Shown: piece after piece, positions 12,801-26,843 of the stretch
How positions within the stretch are numbered: position 1 is the stretch's first letter
How the letters are laid out: every line of letters starts with the position of its first letter
NCBI GenBank assembly: GCA_040954595.2
Contig: CM082578.2
Span: forward strand, 5,128,831 to 5,192,830
Reading direction: 5' to 3'
Source of the DNA: Balanoglossus misakiensis
Taxonomy: Eukaryota > Animalia > Hemichordata
Length of the DNA stretch: 64,000 nucleotides
Made by a program: the position numbers and the translations under genes
The notes under the pieces: model-generated
The model's database searches: none
What the model saw: only the letters and a program-made list of their open reading frames with translations
Told to the model about the DNA's origin: nothing

Positions 12801-14382
12801 TACGAAGAGACGGCACAGAACAAAGACAACTGTCCCCTCTGCACACGAACATTGCAAGTCCGGGGCCCATCATTACAGGTATTAAAACCCTTTTGAAGCC
12901 AGGTCGGAAGAAATGTCTGAATGATGTCATATAGGTTACAGGGTGGCCAGGATTCAGAGGATTAAACTGAAAAAGAAAAACCTTTTGGCCATGATGCATA
13001 TGCACGATCTTTCGTGTCAAGTACAGCAGTCACACATGTGATCCGTGTTGATCCGGGCTCTCTGTTCCAGATGTTGCTTATGTAGCAATGGGCAAATAAT
13101 AATGAACCAGTGTGTACAGTAGAATTGATGTTAATATTAATCAGACAGTGTGAACTAAAGTTATGTCTCTTATGACATGAAACTTATTGTACTCTGTAGC
13201 ATGTATAGTACCACAGTACCACAATGGTTTTAACAAAAGGATCACACATTCTTGATTTCAGTTAGTTGCCTTCGATTTCAGAGGGCTGAGAGCATAGCAG
13301 ACCCTATTGGTTAGCACAGTGCAGCCACAGCTAGGTAGATTTGGGGGTAGGAACCCAGACGGCATTTCTGAACCAAACCATCCTGATATTAAGAACAGTC
13401 CACCTCAGCTCTGACGCTGTGCAGTGATAGCTCTGCATTGTTGTTTCAGATAACTGCATGATTCCCTGTCTGAGTTCTCCATCTGCAATGTCGCCGGCCG
13501 GATCTCCCCGAGGCGCCTGCGGGCCGGCATCACCCAATCCCGCCACTGGTGGCGCTGCAGCTGCTGCTACAGCCTTCGAAACAATACAGCAACAACAGCA
13601 TGGTTGTTCCAGTCTTGTCAGGGAGCAGCTGTCACCTGCACATTTTGGTAAGTTCTTGCTTGGGCCTGATGCAAAACCACCGAGAATCCATTGCATAATG
13701 CACGTTTTCTACTATCACAAGCTGGGAATTCAGATGGACCTACTCACCAAAGTCTGATACATGTATATCCATGACTGAAACATGATCAAATCTCCAGAAG
13801 AGAGAAACTAATGAATTTCAATGATGAGGGGTGACAGTAAACAATATAACCCCCATTTTCCAGTATGGAAATCTAACCACAAATTTCAACACGGGATAGC
13901 AGCTCAAAAAAAAAAAACAGGCGAAGAACATTTTGCATCCTGACCCCCAGGTAACTTGCAAGGCAATGGCATTTTTTAACGAATTTGAGAGTATTCTCTT
14001 GTCAAGAAAGTTTTTGAAACACATATTAAAGGTACACGGTCCACCTCCAATTTACATACGCCCATATATGGCTAAAATGGAGCACTGTAGTTTTCTAAAG
14101 AACAAATGGTGGCACTCTTTTTTTCGTGTGTGCCACCCACTAAAAATCGGTGATTGGCCAGATCTCAATTTGCCATGGTAACTGTAGCTAAATTTACATT
14201 GGTGACCGTATACCTTTAACCTTGTTAACTTTTCTTTTTTTGCAGGCCTGTCATCATGGGAGGATGACGATGAGGCTATCCTGGCCTCTGTCCTAGCCGC
14301 TTCACAACAAGAATATTTTGACAGTTTAAAAAAATGCGCCGGAGGTAGAGATCACAATACACCAGGCCCAAGTACATCATGA
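6837..14382 (+). CDS. OTUD5: OTU domain deubiquitinase 5 / DUBA (9 exons, 569 aa)
   Basis: Exons 6837-7259, 9833-9926, 10158-10222, 10442-10598, 11250-11398, 12035-12232, 12590-12878, 13450-13647 and 14246-14382 total 1710 nt, all GT-AG and phase-compatible. Motifs: N-terminal [14 protein letters not shown] (activating phosphosite region), catalytic [60 protein letters not shown], and C-terminal UIM-like [20 protein letters not shown]. Confidence 0.96.
8338..8548. mobile_element. TA-flanked MITE with CTGT...ACAG ends (Tc1/mariner-type target)
   Basis: TACTGTAAAACACTTTATTTTCGCGAG ... CTCGCTAAAATAAAGTGTTTTACAGTA, with internal TCGCGAAA subrepeats. Confidence 0.85.
10950..11110. mobile_element. 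MITE with CAGT...ACTG ends (Tc1/mariner/pogo-like)
   Basis: Left CAGTAAAACATGTCTA, right TAGACAGGTTTTACTG followed by TA. A related solo end TACAGTGAAACCTGTCTATA is at 60313. Confidence 0.65.
11821..11992. mobile_element. hAT-type MITE (172 bp)
   Basis: Perfect 15-bp TIR CAGTGTGCCCTCTAA / TTAGAGGGCACACTG and perfect 8-bp TSD CTGAACAC (11813-11820, 11993-12000). Confidence 0.9.
12677..12760 (+). repeat. Coding CAG/CAA polyglutamine tract in OTUD5 exon 7
   Basis: Encodes [28 protein letters not shown]. Confidence 0.85.
14030..14215. mobile_element. Kolobok-like MITE (TTAA TSD, AGG...CCT ends)
   Basis: TTAA|AGGTACACGGTC ... GACCGTATACCT|TTAA, with TTAA at 14026-14029 and 14216-14219. Confidence 0.75.
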
Positions 14383-15112
14383 CCAAAGCCGGCTACGAAA
14401 CTTCTTCTTCTTTTTTTCCAAACATGCCATAACATGCAGCCTTTTTACACGGAGATGTGAATTCTCTGAGGTTGTAACTGCTTGTCAATTTTATCACTGG
14501 ACTTAAGCAGAGTGAATTTACACTATGTTTTTTTCTTCTGATGATGATGAAACACCATCAAGATGGCAGAGCACAATCATGACTTCCTATATATATATAT
14601 ACAGAAACAACTGACTAAATTTGTGTGTAAATTTGTATCACATTCTGGGAAAGGAGAAATTAATTTCAGGCATCTGTCATCCCAAATGCACAAATGTTTT
14701 GGCATAAACACACTTCTGAGCTGGCTTTTGTAACTTCATCTGTGGAAAAGCAGAGATAGCTTGTATAAATTTATGGAATGATTCTATTGAATTCGCCGGA
14801 ATTTGTAATGCTTACCTGTCATTAGGTAAACAGTGTAAGGGAGCTCTAGAAGTCACAGCAAAAACATAGTACAGTTCGTCAACCTAAAGAAAGAAACGAT
14901 GCATGCATTTTCTACACATATCTGTATTGTTATTATTATTAATTTTATCTCAAGTTTTTATTGAGAATTTTATTTCGATGTGTAATGATAGTGTATGTGG
15001 AAGAAAATGGTGGCCAATCTCGCAATGATCAAATTCTTTGATTGTCATTATGCTACATCCTCACTGTGTAATGTATTTTATAAAAGTGGTGTAGGGGAGA
15101 ATATCTTAAAAC

Positions 15113-15118
15113 AATAAA
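15113..15118 (+). terminator. Probable OTUD5 polyadenylation signal
   Basis: AATAAA ~730 nt after the stop, with upstream TGTA elements and a downstream GT/T-rich tract (15150-15175). Confidence 0.6.
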
Positions 15119-16892
15119 ATAGGGTGATGAATTTTCCCATAGTGCAATACTGCTGTTTTCTGTGTTTGTCTGGGTCACAGTTGTCAGCTGACTGCATTTG
15201 CTTCGTTGAGTCTACTGATTTTATTCAGATGGTGACCTCGTTTGACTTCAATATTCCCAGGTCAGTGCGGTCATGAGCTCTACTCGAAGGTCACACATGA
15301 ACGCCTAAAACGTGAGTCTGGCGACGTGACCAGGTTCGTGACGTGTGTTGTTATACTGAGGTCTGATATTTGTAATGAAAGATTACGATAACTATACTTG
15401 ATTATTCCAATAGTTTTTTTTTATCAAAATATAGAATGTAGGAAAAAGACAACGATATATATTGCGTGGTACTGAAACTAAATATATTTTCTTTACGGTA
15501 AATATTCTGATCGTCATTGAAAAGTTCAAGGCGAATTCGCATAAGACGCGCGATTATTTTATGTCGCATTAGTAAAAAAAATTACCGAAAAATGAATTTG
15601 GGAGAAATCAGTCTATTACCAGCAACCACCAACTTGTCGTTTGAACACACATGCAGATTTTTCAGCACAAACAACATCCCAGATGTTTCGACAAGCACGA
15701 GAATTGTGCTATAAACTCTCGCGTGTTCCGATACTGGGCATGGGAGTGTATACAATCCCACTGTTTTCGGAAGGTCTAGTATTCCGACGGTTCACTCTGG
15801 ACGACTTGCAAGTTGCACGTAGCCTGAAGTATGATATGATAGGCCTGAGCTGTTTTCGGCTCGGTGTCTTCCTCTCTTTTTTCTTCAAATGCGCGCTGTC
15901 GTTTACTTTGACACGCAGTCTTTGCACAGATATTATGATATGATATTACTTTTCACAGCCAATATTTCCCCATCCCAATCTTTCGGATTCCCCGGCGCGC
16001 GCGCGCGGCTCTGCATTTATATTATAGGCATGACCTCTGACATGGCGCGATATGACACGCCGCGCTTTGCACGTAGCTTCCTTTTTGTCATTCGCTATTA
16101 ATTCCAGTCATTCGATTCGGGGACATGTTTACGAGATGCAGTATCCGCTATGCGGTCAGTTGCCGGCTATCGCCCCGACGGAAACAACGTTAGGCCCTAT
16201 TCGGGAACATGCACGCGCTTATATGGATTTTACTTTTTGGCCACCTTACGGATTATTGTGTAACCTACATTGTTCTGTTAGCGTACTTAGGATGGATTTT
16301 CCAAGAACTTTCACAGGAGAGTGTTAGCTAATCTTCGTGGTGTATATATGGAGTACACTCATCATAAGCTTATCTATCAAGGCCGACCAGCCCGCTAGTT
16401 ATTTCGTAACTACAAGGCCCGGTACCAGAGCTCGGAGGTAACGAATGCATTTGCGCTCGTTAGCTATCATTTGAAATGGCAAAAAGTTTTCTTCGGAAAG
16501 ATGTTGCAATTGCTCGATGGATAGAGGATCCATGACCATTGGGTTGACTAGTAACTTATACGGCATCGTGGAAGAGTCATATCTTTGAAAGTAGGCTGTC
16601 TGTGATATGCGGAACTAGAATCCCCGAAGTATGGCACTGCGGAAGGTGTGTGAAGGTCACGAGTTTTCCCGATTTTCCCAAATCTTGGTATTATACCATC
16701 GCAAAGGGAAAAGTTGACAGTTCTGGATAATGGACAGAATGGAGACGTGCTACAAAAGACGACGCGACCTTACCATCCCACTTACAAAATAGAAATATGT
16801 GTACAAAAAATTGGTAGGGACTGAGTACTACACTTAGCATGTGCAGAACGAGGCCATAATGTACATGTCGGATTGTTTTTTGCATTCCAATT

Positions 16893-17043
16893 ATTCATTC
16901 ATTCATTCATTCATTCATTCATTCATTCATTCATTCATTCATTCATTCATTCATTCATTCATTCATTCATTCATTCATTCATTCATTCATTCATTCATTC
17001 ATTCATTCGTTCGTTCGTTCGTTCGTTCGTTCATTCATTCATT
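16893..17043. repeat. (ATTC)n microsatellite with a (GTTC)n variant block
   Basis: Directly visible; explains the FIHS-repeat ORFs. Confidence 0.97.
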
Positions 17044-18602
17044 TCGTCGCAGAACGACAAAAAAGCAAGCTGTAGATGTGGTATCGTTAACTGAACAACA
17101 TGACAGATATACATGTAGTTGCATTGTTCACAAAATTATGTCTGACTGTGCGGTCGTTGCTACCAAAGGTAGTAGGTAGAGGGCAATGACCCGACCGATC
17201 TAAGAGCTGAATCACACTTTCAAAATAGACATCACACAGCCTGCAATATTTACTTCCGCTTATTACACATATCTGCTGTTAGAGTTACAGGTCTCATAGA
17301 GAAACAAAAAGTGCGTTTGATTATAATCACACATTGTAACTTCGATTCGTTGTTTGAGTGGTGGCCAGGTATAGGGCTCTATTGATGACAGTCTTCAATA
17401 TTACCTTGGTGCCGGATGGTTTGTGGGATGTGTAAAAACGCCGGATTGGATTAATTCTTACCATCTCCTCCGCCAAAACGTCACCGTGGGATGTCGGTTA
17501 CAAAATTTACCTCGGTACTGCAGTCGTTCGTGTTGGAATTAATGTTTGCTGGATACTGTAAATCTACAACAGTCCGATAACGTATATCACTGACTCCATC
17601 CGTTGCAATGTGAATGGATTATTTTTATCGCCGACTACTTCACAGGTGGATATAAAACATACTATAATAATGCTTGGAACAGTTACCGTCATTGTCTTCA
17701 CCGACCACAGACTGTGCAAATGACGGTAGCTAGAAACGAAGCAAGCCAGTTTATTTCAACTTCAAAGATCTAGTTACTATGAAAACCGCATATATAATGG
17801 TTGAACATGTTACAAAGAGCCCAGTACACAGGGATAATTTTACAACTTCAGTATTCACTCCCTTTTGCTTGCCATGCATGTGTGACGTCACGATATCCTG
17901 GAATCTGAAAGCTGGGAATAATGCTATCTTTCATGGTATGGGCCTCAGCTTGACTTCTGGAAAGTAAGTTGTTTTATCATTATTCTCAATGCAAATTAAG
18001 CGCTGCATTAAGTCTGCATGTTGTTAACACCACAAAGTGATTATGTATCGGCAAATCAATGGTATTTTGCACTAATTTTACTACCAACTGTCAATCAAGG
18101 CAATATATTTCAAATAAGTCGTTATTTGCCCGTCTTTCATCTAATTTGTTAATTTCATATTTACACTTTCGACAAGAGAGAAATGTTTCCTATGATCACC
18201 AGTGTATCAGGATGTCAGAATCACTTGATGCTTTTAAAGATGGACAGGGAAAATATCGGAACAGAAAGCAAAACACTTGGAGAAACACTATTCTTAATCC
18301 CACTAACTACAATTTTCCATTATATAAAGTCGTCATAAAAGAAGTTTTGTCTCAAGACACTCCCAGCTTTCGTTTGCCTCTCTTATATTCAGTTTAGTCT
18401 CGGAATACAGAAAAAATATAATTCACGTTGCACATGTTTTAATTTGAAATCTTTAAAGACAGAGTCACCATGCAATGTAAATTATAAGAAAGTGATCTTG
18501 TTTGACCGAACTTTCTATTCTAACATAAACGGGTAGTATTGTAGACGTTTTTTCTTCAAATATCTGCTGTGAATTAATACGGATAGCTTTACTGTATTGG
18601 TT

Positions 18603-18794
18603 TAAAAAAGAACGGAAAATATCGTGTCAGAAATCGGAGGATTATTTTTGGGTAGGGTGTGGCCGGGTGACCCCGTTATGGAGATGTTTCTCAGTCTCTG
18701 TTTCAAATTTTTGGACATTTCCATGACGGGGTCACCATACCCTACTCAAAAAAATCCTCCGAGTTCTGGCACAATATTTCCCCTGATTTTCTTA
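18603..18794. mobile_element. Degenerate fold-back (palindromic) element, probable old MITE
   Basis: GGAAAATATCGTGTCAGAAATCGGAGGATTATTTTTGGGTAGGGT...GGTGACCCCGTTATGGAGATGT pairs with ACATTTCCATGACGGGGTCACC...ACCCTACTCAAAAAAATCCTCCGAGTTCTGGCACAATATTTCC. Ends are imprecise. Confidence 0.7.
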
Positions 18795-21700
18795 TCTGTC
18801 GCATGCAGAACATGTGAAGTTGACCGATTCCCATATTGCAACCCAGTGACCTACAATAGAAGAAGGGCTTACAACTTACCGAATGCCTTGTTTCGAGAGT
18901 GTTGTGGGATAAAAAATCAAGACGATTAAGTTAGCCGAAGAAAAATTTTGAAATGGGCTCAAAGTCACGTCCCAGAATATACATGTGCCATCACGACTTC
19001 TTTAACCAATCCATCTGACTTCAACACTGCTTGTACACACAAAAAAACTCGAGCATAAGATGAGAAGGCGCCATCTTCATAATCTAACCAGGATTCTTTC
19101 TTTTTTTGATAGTTAGAGTATTGAGTCACTATTATACACAGCGCAGCCAGCGCTCGATTAGCGACTGCATTAGACTTGTCAGTCAGCGATGCTGTCGGAA
19201 ACGCCGCCGCTGAAATAGCGCCACCAAGAGGGTGCATGGTAGACTTTATTCGTTGTATTGGAAAGGTTGGTGTACGTCCTTTTCACATTTTCGCAAGTTT
19301 CGCAGATTAAAAAAAAAAACATGTAAATCACAATATGATATTTAATCTAACATTGTAAAGAGAACCATACTGATTATCTATAATTGACAAAAAAATTCTT
19401 GCTGATTTATTATGATGTAGGCATAGGTCTACTATATTTCAAACGCCATGTGTAGCGGGGCGTCTCGCTCTTCATTCATACGTCATCATCAATTCCATAC
19501 TCCATGTATAAAAGACATTCCGATAACGATATGCGACAAGTAAAAAAATGCATGTAGCGAATACATTTGTACATATATATGAACTCGCACAATACTGTAG
19601 GAATATAGGAAGACATTTACAGACAAGTTTGATGAAATAAATAAGTGAATCATTTTGCTATATAAAGACCAGGCTTTGACATCATATTTTCATAGCCCAG
19701 TCTGCGGCTATAGTCGTGAAGCAAGGCTTGGTTGAATCATTTTATCTATATGTGGAAATGAATGCGCCAGAGATTTTTATTTTTATTATGTTTTATAATA
19801 CGCTTAGAGTTGGGCCCAAAACATAAACATGTTTGAATCATTTGACTATTTTTGGTATAAGGTGTCCATCACCCCCTTCGCGTATGCGGTTATTGATTAT
19901 TGATCGTCTTATCTCGTTATAAGCGTGGATTTCCAGACTATTTTCACAAACAGCATTATTTTTTCAATTATAAATAGGCCCCTATGGTACTTGACGAGCT
20001 AAAAATAACATCCGTCACAGACGTTTATGGTTATTTCATTATTTGATGAACAGTGCCTCACAGGTGCGCGTTTCCTGCGGGAATCGAACGATGCTGGCAG
20101 ATAGATCATGTTTGTTGATGTGGGTCGGTAAGAACGACGCCGTGCACGTGGTCTTATCATGTTTTTTAAATAGCACGTGCTACAGTCTGGGACCCGGCGT
20201 TTCAAGTCGCCCCGATACATGTTAAAATCCTCACATGCATGCGTACACACGTACTACGGCCGCGGGTGAGAGAGCGCGACGATGGTGATAGAGGGCGCTA
20301 TCACGAGACAGTGAAATAAACTACTATTCATAATGCGATCTACACGTCCTTGAACTGTCTGGCAACGCACTGTTCACAGTAGACGTACTTCTCAGGTCAA
20401 AATTAAGAATTTGAAATGAACGAGGATCCTGTTACTTGGCCGTTTATGTGGCACATTCGGTATTTTAAGTGCGGACATATCCAATTGTCATGTCTCGTGG
20501 AAAATTTTGCATACCGCATAGTATTCAAGCTTTATGTTTATTTTTGTGCAGAAACACGTAAAGATTCGATCAATGCAATGTACGTAGTGCGGTGCGGCCA
20601 TGTGTCAATGGTATTGAGCGAGTTGTCGGAAAAAAATTGTTCGAGTCTGGAAATTACAATCACACAAATCGCCGGCAGCCACAGTGGAGGACCATCACAA
20701 ATGTGTAATATATATATATATCTTTGGTGATTATAGTAAAAGTATGTGTACAGAACTTGGCCTAGAACTTCAACCGCGGTAAAATATCATCGATTTCGCG
20801 ACACAAAGTGTACAGGAGCAAAGCTTTGAAAAGACCGGTACACGTGCGATTTAATTTTGAGAATCTACACGCAGGTAGTTTGCATTTTGTGACCGCTGCG
20901 CATACGGCCAGCGTTCACGAATAGTACTTCATGACCTATGCATAGTGACTGTACACGCCCCGGGCTTTGAAAGGACGTTGGCCTCAGTCACACGGTGGGA
21001 AACTGTGCAAGCACGCCGGCTGAATGAGAGAGTGGCGCGAGAATTCATAGATGAAATTCATAAGGGGATTTCGTCGTGTAACCCTAGCGACGTATACGTA
21101 GCTATATTGGGGTCGGTGCGTCCGTAACTGCCACGCCGGCCCTGTGATGTGGCCTGTAGTGTCGTCTGCAGTTTCGATTAGACTGTGGGAATTGTTTCCT
21201 ACAAATTTTTTAACTGTTTCTCGTAAAAGAAGACGTTTGGACACAATTATCTGTCCGTCTGTGGTCAGCCGTCTAAGAGTGCGACTTTTCTGTTTTACAG
21301 CTCGGAATTTGTACAACAATGGGACGGTTTGGAAGAGTCGTTTCGGCGTCTCTCTTGAAACACAAAACAATTGAAAGCGCTAGACTTTGATGACCGCCCC
21401 TTTTTAGTACCCACTATAACGGTTTTCCAATTCAAACAGGTGAATGGCCGGCCCCCCAAAGTTCACTGTAAGCCGGCTCTTGTAGAAATTTCGCGCCACT
21501 GTTCAGTGATCGATAGAAACACGTGCGAGGCTTAGTTGACTATTGGCGACGGACTACTTTTGGGATGGTTTACGGTTTCGGAGAGGGAAGGCGGGGGGCT
21601 GCGAGATATATACGGCCATGGTATTTCAGATTCTTCCAGTTTGACCTTCAACGTGTCACCAGGGCGAATTTCACCCATCTTCGCCGGCCAAGTAGCGTGT

Positions 21701-23827
21701 CTATATTTCGCACAGTGACTTCCAAATCCATAGGTACGCCTATCGTCCGACGCGACGTGGCCAAGAACCTGGTCAGGCGACGATTCCTATACTTCTGGCC
21801 TCGTCAACTGTTAAAACGGTGGCTATCAGTTGTAGATTTTGGCCGTAATGGGTTGATTCGGCTACTACGGGGTAAGAAAATTTGACAAAGTTTCAATAAA
21901 TATTGCATAGACGGGGAATGCTTGCCTTGAATTGAGTAACATCGAAACCGCAACACGTGCGTTTAGTGCCCCGCCCCCATGCCATACCATTCATAGCCTA
22001 TCTGAGCGTCAAGTGACTATTGTAACAATCAACTTAAATTTTAAAGAGGCGAAAACGTGTAATCATGGTAATCGGAGAGATCGCAAATGTCAAACGTAAA
22101 ACGCCAGTGTGAGCACTATGACGTGTTTTAACTCGTGATACACTTCCAGAAGGGATTTTATGACGAACCAGCTGAACCGAATACATCGTGACCACAAATC
22201 CCCAGTGCGCATGCGGGGTAGAGTATATGCGAGTCAAACGACTCAGAGACTGCACGTGTTTCGATGGTTAATACGTGTAAATGTAGGGGGGGGATCTACG
22301 TACGGTACATATATCCATGAAGACATGGGCGAGACAACATAAATATAGAGCGATTTCGTCAACTATAACTCTCCGCACCGTCTGCTGCCGTCGTCGCGCG
22401 CTGAAGTGACAGACAGCGACGGCTTTTCCGCGACTTTGCCCACAGTGTTTCCCCCGGCCGAGTACAGGCAGACTAGAGGCTTTATACGTAGACAGTAGCG
22501 AGACTGGTGCATGATGAAATACACATTTATTTAATTTAGGAATAAAATAAAGACGTGGAAATTATATTTGATCGTGACACGTTCTTTTGGGATGAAAGCA
22601 ATCTGATTGAAATCGCCGTTCCCTACATCTGATTTCAATCAGATAGGGATGAATGCAACATCATCACTTCATTACGTTTAGTTTGGTTTTTTGGGTAAAA
22701 ATTATCGAAATGTCCACGATCCGGCCGTAAATGGTGCGATTTCCCCATAGATACAAATAAATGACATTTTGCCTTGATGAACATCATAAATTGACATTTC
22801 GCTTTTACTATGATTTTCAAGATTCGGCGAGAAAATTGCAAAATATCCCACGTTCGGCCAGGTGCCGGCACAGTTGACACATAAATTGTTAAAAGGTTTA
22901 TACTACACTAAAGTATGAGTTCCTTTTCTCGCGAATACAGGGCTGTGAATTATTATCACTGTTCCCGACAAGATATGATTATGATATCATATGTGGCGTA
23001 CACTACCTTCCTGCGATAGTCTGGGAAAATGCGCGTGTCACTCATATTTTCTATCCATGGCAATGAAAGCAAAATATTATTATTATTATTATTGGTCACA
23101 TGGGTTCTTCTAAATATAATACAGCCAAGTCACGACTCGCCAACGCATCGGATCAAAACAAAATAACTCCCACGAATTTTCTACCTATTTACATTCATCA
23201 TAGACTCCCATTCCCTATCTCCAGGGGAACACACATTAGCCTATAGATTCCAAAAGAGCGCGGTGGTGTCATTTGACATTAGGCCTATTCCAAATATTTC
23301 TGTAGTGTATACGGGGGCAGACTTGTACTTGACCAGAATGATGACTGGAATGTTTTGTTCAAAAACGTGACCACGCAGTTTGAATTCATTCATTCGCCAT
23401 ACGTTGGCAATCGCGACACATCTCATCTCGGTATCTCATTAATTATTTATGAGAAGTCCCGTCCATGCATTTACGCGCCGGGTGTTGTGGGTCGGTATCA
23501 GCTATTGCCATGGCGACAGCGCTGGCTTAACATCTGACATTTGGAAACAGAATATTGTAAACACTGAAGATTCAGACAATACCAGGTACAATTTCGTTGT
23601 TTTGCCGACCATATGTTGTCGTTTCCGGATTAAAACGGCGCGAAGCTTTCAATTTCGCGCCTACGTTGACATATGGCGACACAATTTTTTTCCATGGTAT
23701 CTGCACGGTGAATGAACGTCATAGTACCTCTGTTTGCACAAGATATTATACCTTCCATGAGGTACAGCATCCTATACACGTCACATCCGTTCATTTAAAA
23801 TTGGCGCACGTATAATAAAATTTATTT

Positions 23828-23997
23828 TGTATGTATGTATGACATGTATGTATGTATGTATGTATGTATGTATGTATGTATGTATGTATGTATGTATGTA
23901 TGTATGTATGTATGTATGTATGTATGTATGTATGTATGTATGTATGTATGTATGTACATGTATGTATGTGTGTATCTATGGATGGATGGATGGATGT
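23828..23997. repeat. (TATG)n microsatellite grading into (GATG)n
   Basis: Directly visible; explains the MYVC/YIHT-repeat ORFs. Confidence 0.97.
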
Positions 23998-26843
23998 ACA
24001 TAAACCTCAAGCAAACAGTACAGCAGAACAATGAACAAATTAGCGAATATACAAACAAAAATGAAGTTACAAAAAATAGAAATATTAATACCCCAATTCA
24101 TTCGTATTTCAGTGTAGATTAATTTATATGTAGATTGATAGAATAATATTCCATATGTCGTTTCTTGAACAAAATGCCATTTACGCGTACAACGACCTGT
24201 GGAATCTGGACTAGAGTATTTACACATTGTACATATTTGACCGCAATACATGATGTATGTGCTATCGTGTGCTATGAAATGTATTTGTTGTACGGCACAC
24301 CTTTAATTACATGTCTCTGTCTTCTGACCGGATTATTAAAACACACGTGGTGGGCTGTCACGCACCGTGTGGCCTCATCCCACGCACACCCCGCGAAAAT
24401 CATCGTACAAACAAATATTCAATAGGTCCCCATGCATCACGTTATTTAAGTTGGCAACAAGTGTTTAGTCTGTGACGTCACTGATGACGTATTATGTCGG
24501 TGAAAAGACAGTCATAGCTATCCCTTGAAGTTTTCTGCGCATGCGTCCTGCAACTACAGCTGGTGTAGTGGCGCGCGTCAGTGTCGGGACACTGTCCACA
24601 TGTAATGACTAAATGACTCTGGACAGTCAATGTCCCGTGCGTATGAAAAGTCGGAGACGAGACTAGACAGCGACAGTAAATACTTCCGGTATAAAACACG
24701 TCACTTTTACCTAAAATGTTTTCGCACACTTCCTGTTCTTTGATTTTTTTTGGGTCGACCGGGTGAATCATGACGCCCGAAGACCAAAATGATCACGTGA
24801 CTGTTAACCCAAATGTTCCCATTCTTTTACACTACCAGATATAGTATGCTGCGCCAAGGTTTTCAGGCGGACGTCTGCTAATGATCATATTTGTAAAATT
24901 AATTTTTGTCATGATTCCAGTGCTTCTCTTGCCGAACACGATTTTTTTTTTGGGGGGGGGGTCGTTATCGTTCCTGATGTATTAAGATGGTTAATAAATG
25001 TAGTCAACATTTCTAAGAATTTCAGATTGATATACGTAGTATAAAGTGGCGAGTAAACACATCCATTCTATCAAGGAATTTTGTCGTGTTTTAAAAGCAA
25101 CCAAAAAGACCGAAATTGCCAATCAGTCGTGGAACTATAAACAAAAACAGGCATAGCTTCCGCATTGTGTTATGCACTGTTATAATTTCGGAGCAGAGCG
25201 GAAAAAGCAGAAAAAAATCCGTTTCTACCGGACGTAGACCAGGGGAACAAGAGGTTGAAACCGGAGCTGAAACGTTTCGATAGAAGCTGAGTTTCGTAGA
25301 ATTGAGATACCCGGACTATTTTTTTTAAATTAATGACCAAGTACTAGTAACTTCCTGTCTGCACTCTCCTCCAACCAATCCCGCCATAGTACGGGTCAAA
25401 ATGATCACGTGATTGGGGAATCAGTCAGAGTTGTGTTTACAAACAAACTATCACCAGGGTAACTATGGAATTTCGATAATACAGGTGGGGGAAGAAGTGC
25501 AAATATACTTCAAAAGATGAAAACCGACGAACTTCTACCAAAGTTTAGTAGGATTATTCAAAAGCACATATTGTCGGTTGGCGGATATTTCCGCGCGTCT
25601 TTTGTCGCATTCACAGGTGTCGCTCAATTCAAGTACAAAATTGTATAGCCCCCGTCATTTTCTCGAAAATGTTTAACTTGGCGGTCATTTTCTCGCTACT
25701 GTTTCTATGGCAATGGTTAACCTCAAGTTGTTAAATGTCATGCCAAACAACAAACCCATAGCCCGCGGGCTGCTAATACCCTAATATCCAGTTATGCATG
25801 GGTTCCGTATTGTGAAGAAGGCACTATGAGTTAAAGCCCGAATGGCTGCCACTTTTTGTATTATTTTCATGAGTTTATTTGCTTAGAATAGTCCATTTGA
25901 ATGAGCTAATTGATATATAGGCGTACACATGCATAGTATCAACCTCTAATTGTGGCTATATATGTAAAAATGCGGAACAACCTAAATAAAAAATGGCCGC
26001 CCACTGCCAGGGCCCACTGCAAGCGTTTACAACTATTGTGGTAACCGCACATTGGTGTAGTGTTATAATGTCCACAAATTTAAAATAGTGTCGTTTGTCG
26101 ACTTCGAAAGCTGTGAGAAGATTGAATTATTTTATAGATTAAAAATATGAAGTGGCAGATATTGGACGGACAAAGTTGCTAATTTCTGACATTTTATTAT
26201 TTTATTTTGATGGGATTTTTTTGTTGTACTCACTGAAACAGGCCTAATGACCCGATGTCATAGCGGCTCATAACCCATATACATTACACATGAATCATTT
26301 AATTTTGGTCACTGTTGCAGGCATATTCTGTATGGATTTGTACAGAGTGTGGTTGAGTTGTAAAAAACTGGTCATTTATTAATTAGTTTCAGTGAGCTGA
26401 ATATCTTTTAAAGTCTATCGAAATATATAAAATTAACCCGAATAATGTCAATTAACGACTTTTTCCATTTAAAGTAAACGAACGCTGCAGACATCATAGT
26501 AAACGTGTTAATTGATTTTTTGTTCATTTTTTTCAGTTTGTAAAGAGCGTTGGTCGAAGAAAACTTCTACAGCAATCCAACAACAGGACAACTGAAAAGC
26601 CTACCGAACGTGTATACACGGTTGCATTATACAAAAAGTGAGTGACAAACTTACACCGGTGCCAACTTGGTATTGGTGGCCACAGTGCCAACATGGACGT
26701 CAGTACATCCGTGATGACAGCGACACGATTTTGACACAACGCTGCAGGTTTGCATGCATGTGGGCGAATTAATGAAGAGAATTCTCGTCGAACCAACTTC
26801 TTTACAACGATGTATTTTTTTATAAATAACGCGGGCTATGGCA

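Noticed and set aside
17681-17731. Hairpin AGTTACCGTCATT...AATGACGGTAGCT as a pre-miRNA
   Set aside because: The stem is only ~13 bp with a large loop, and it matches no miRNA family I recognise.
16841-24122. ORFs with FIHS, MYVC or YIHT repeats
   Set aside because: Translations of tetranucleotide microsatellites.
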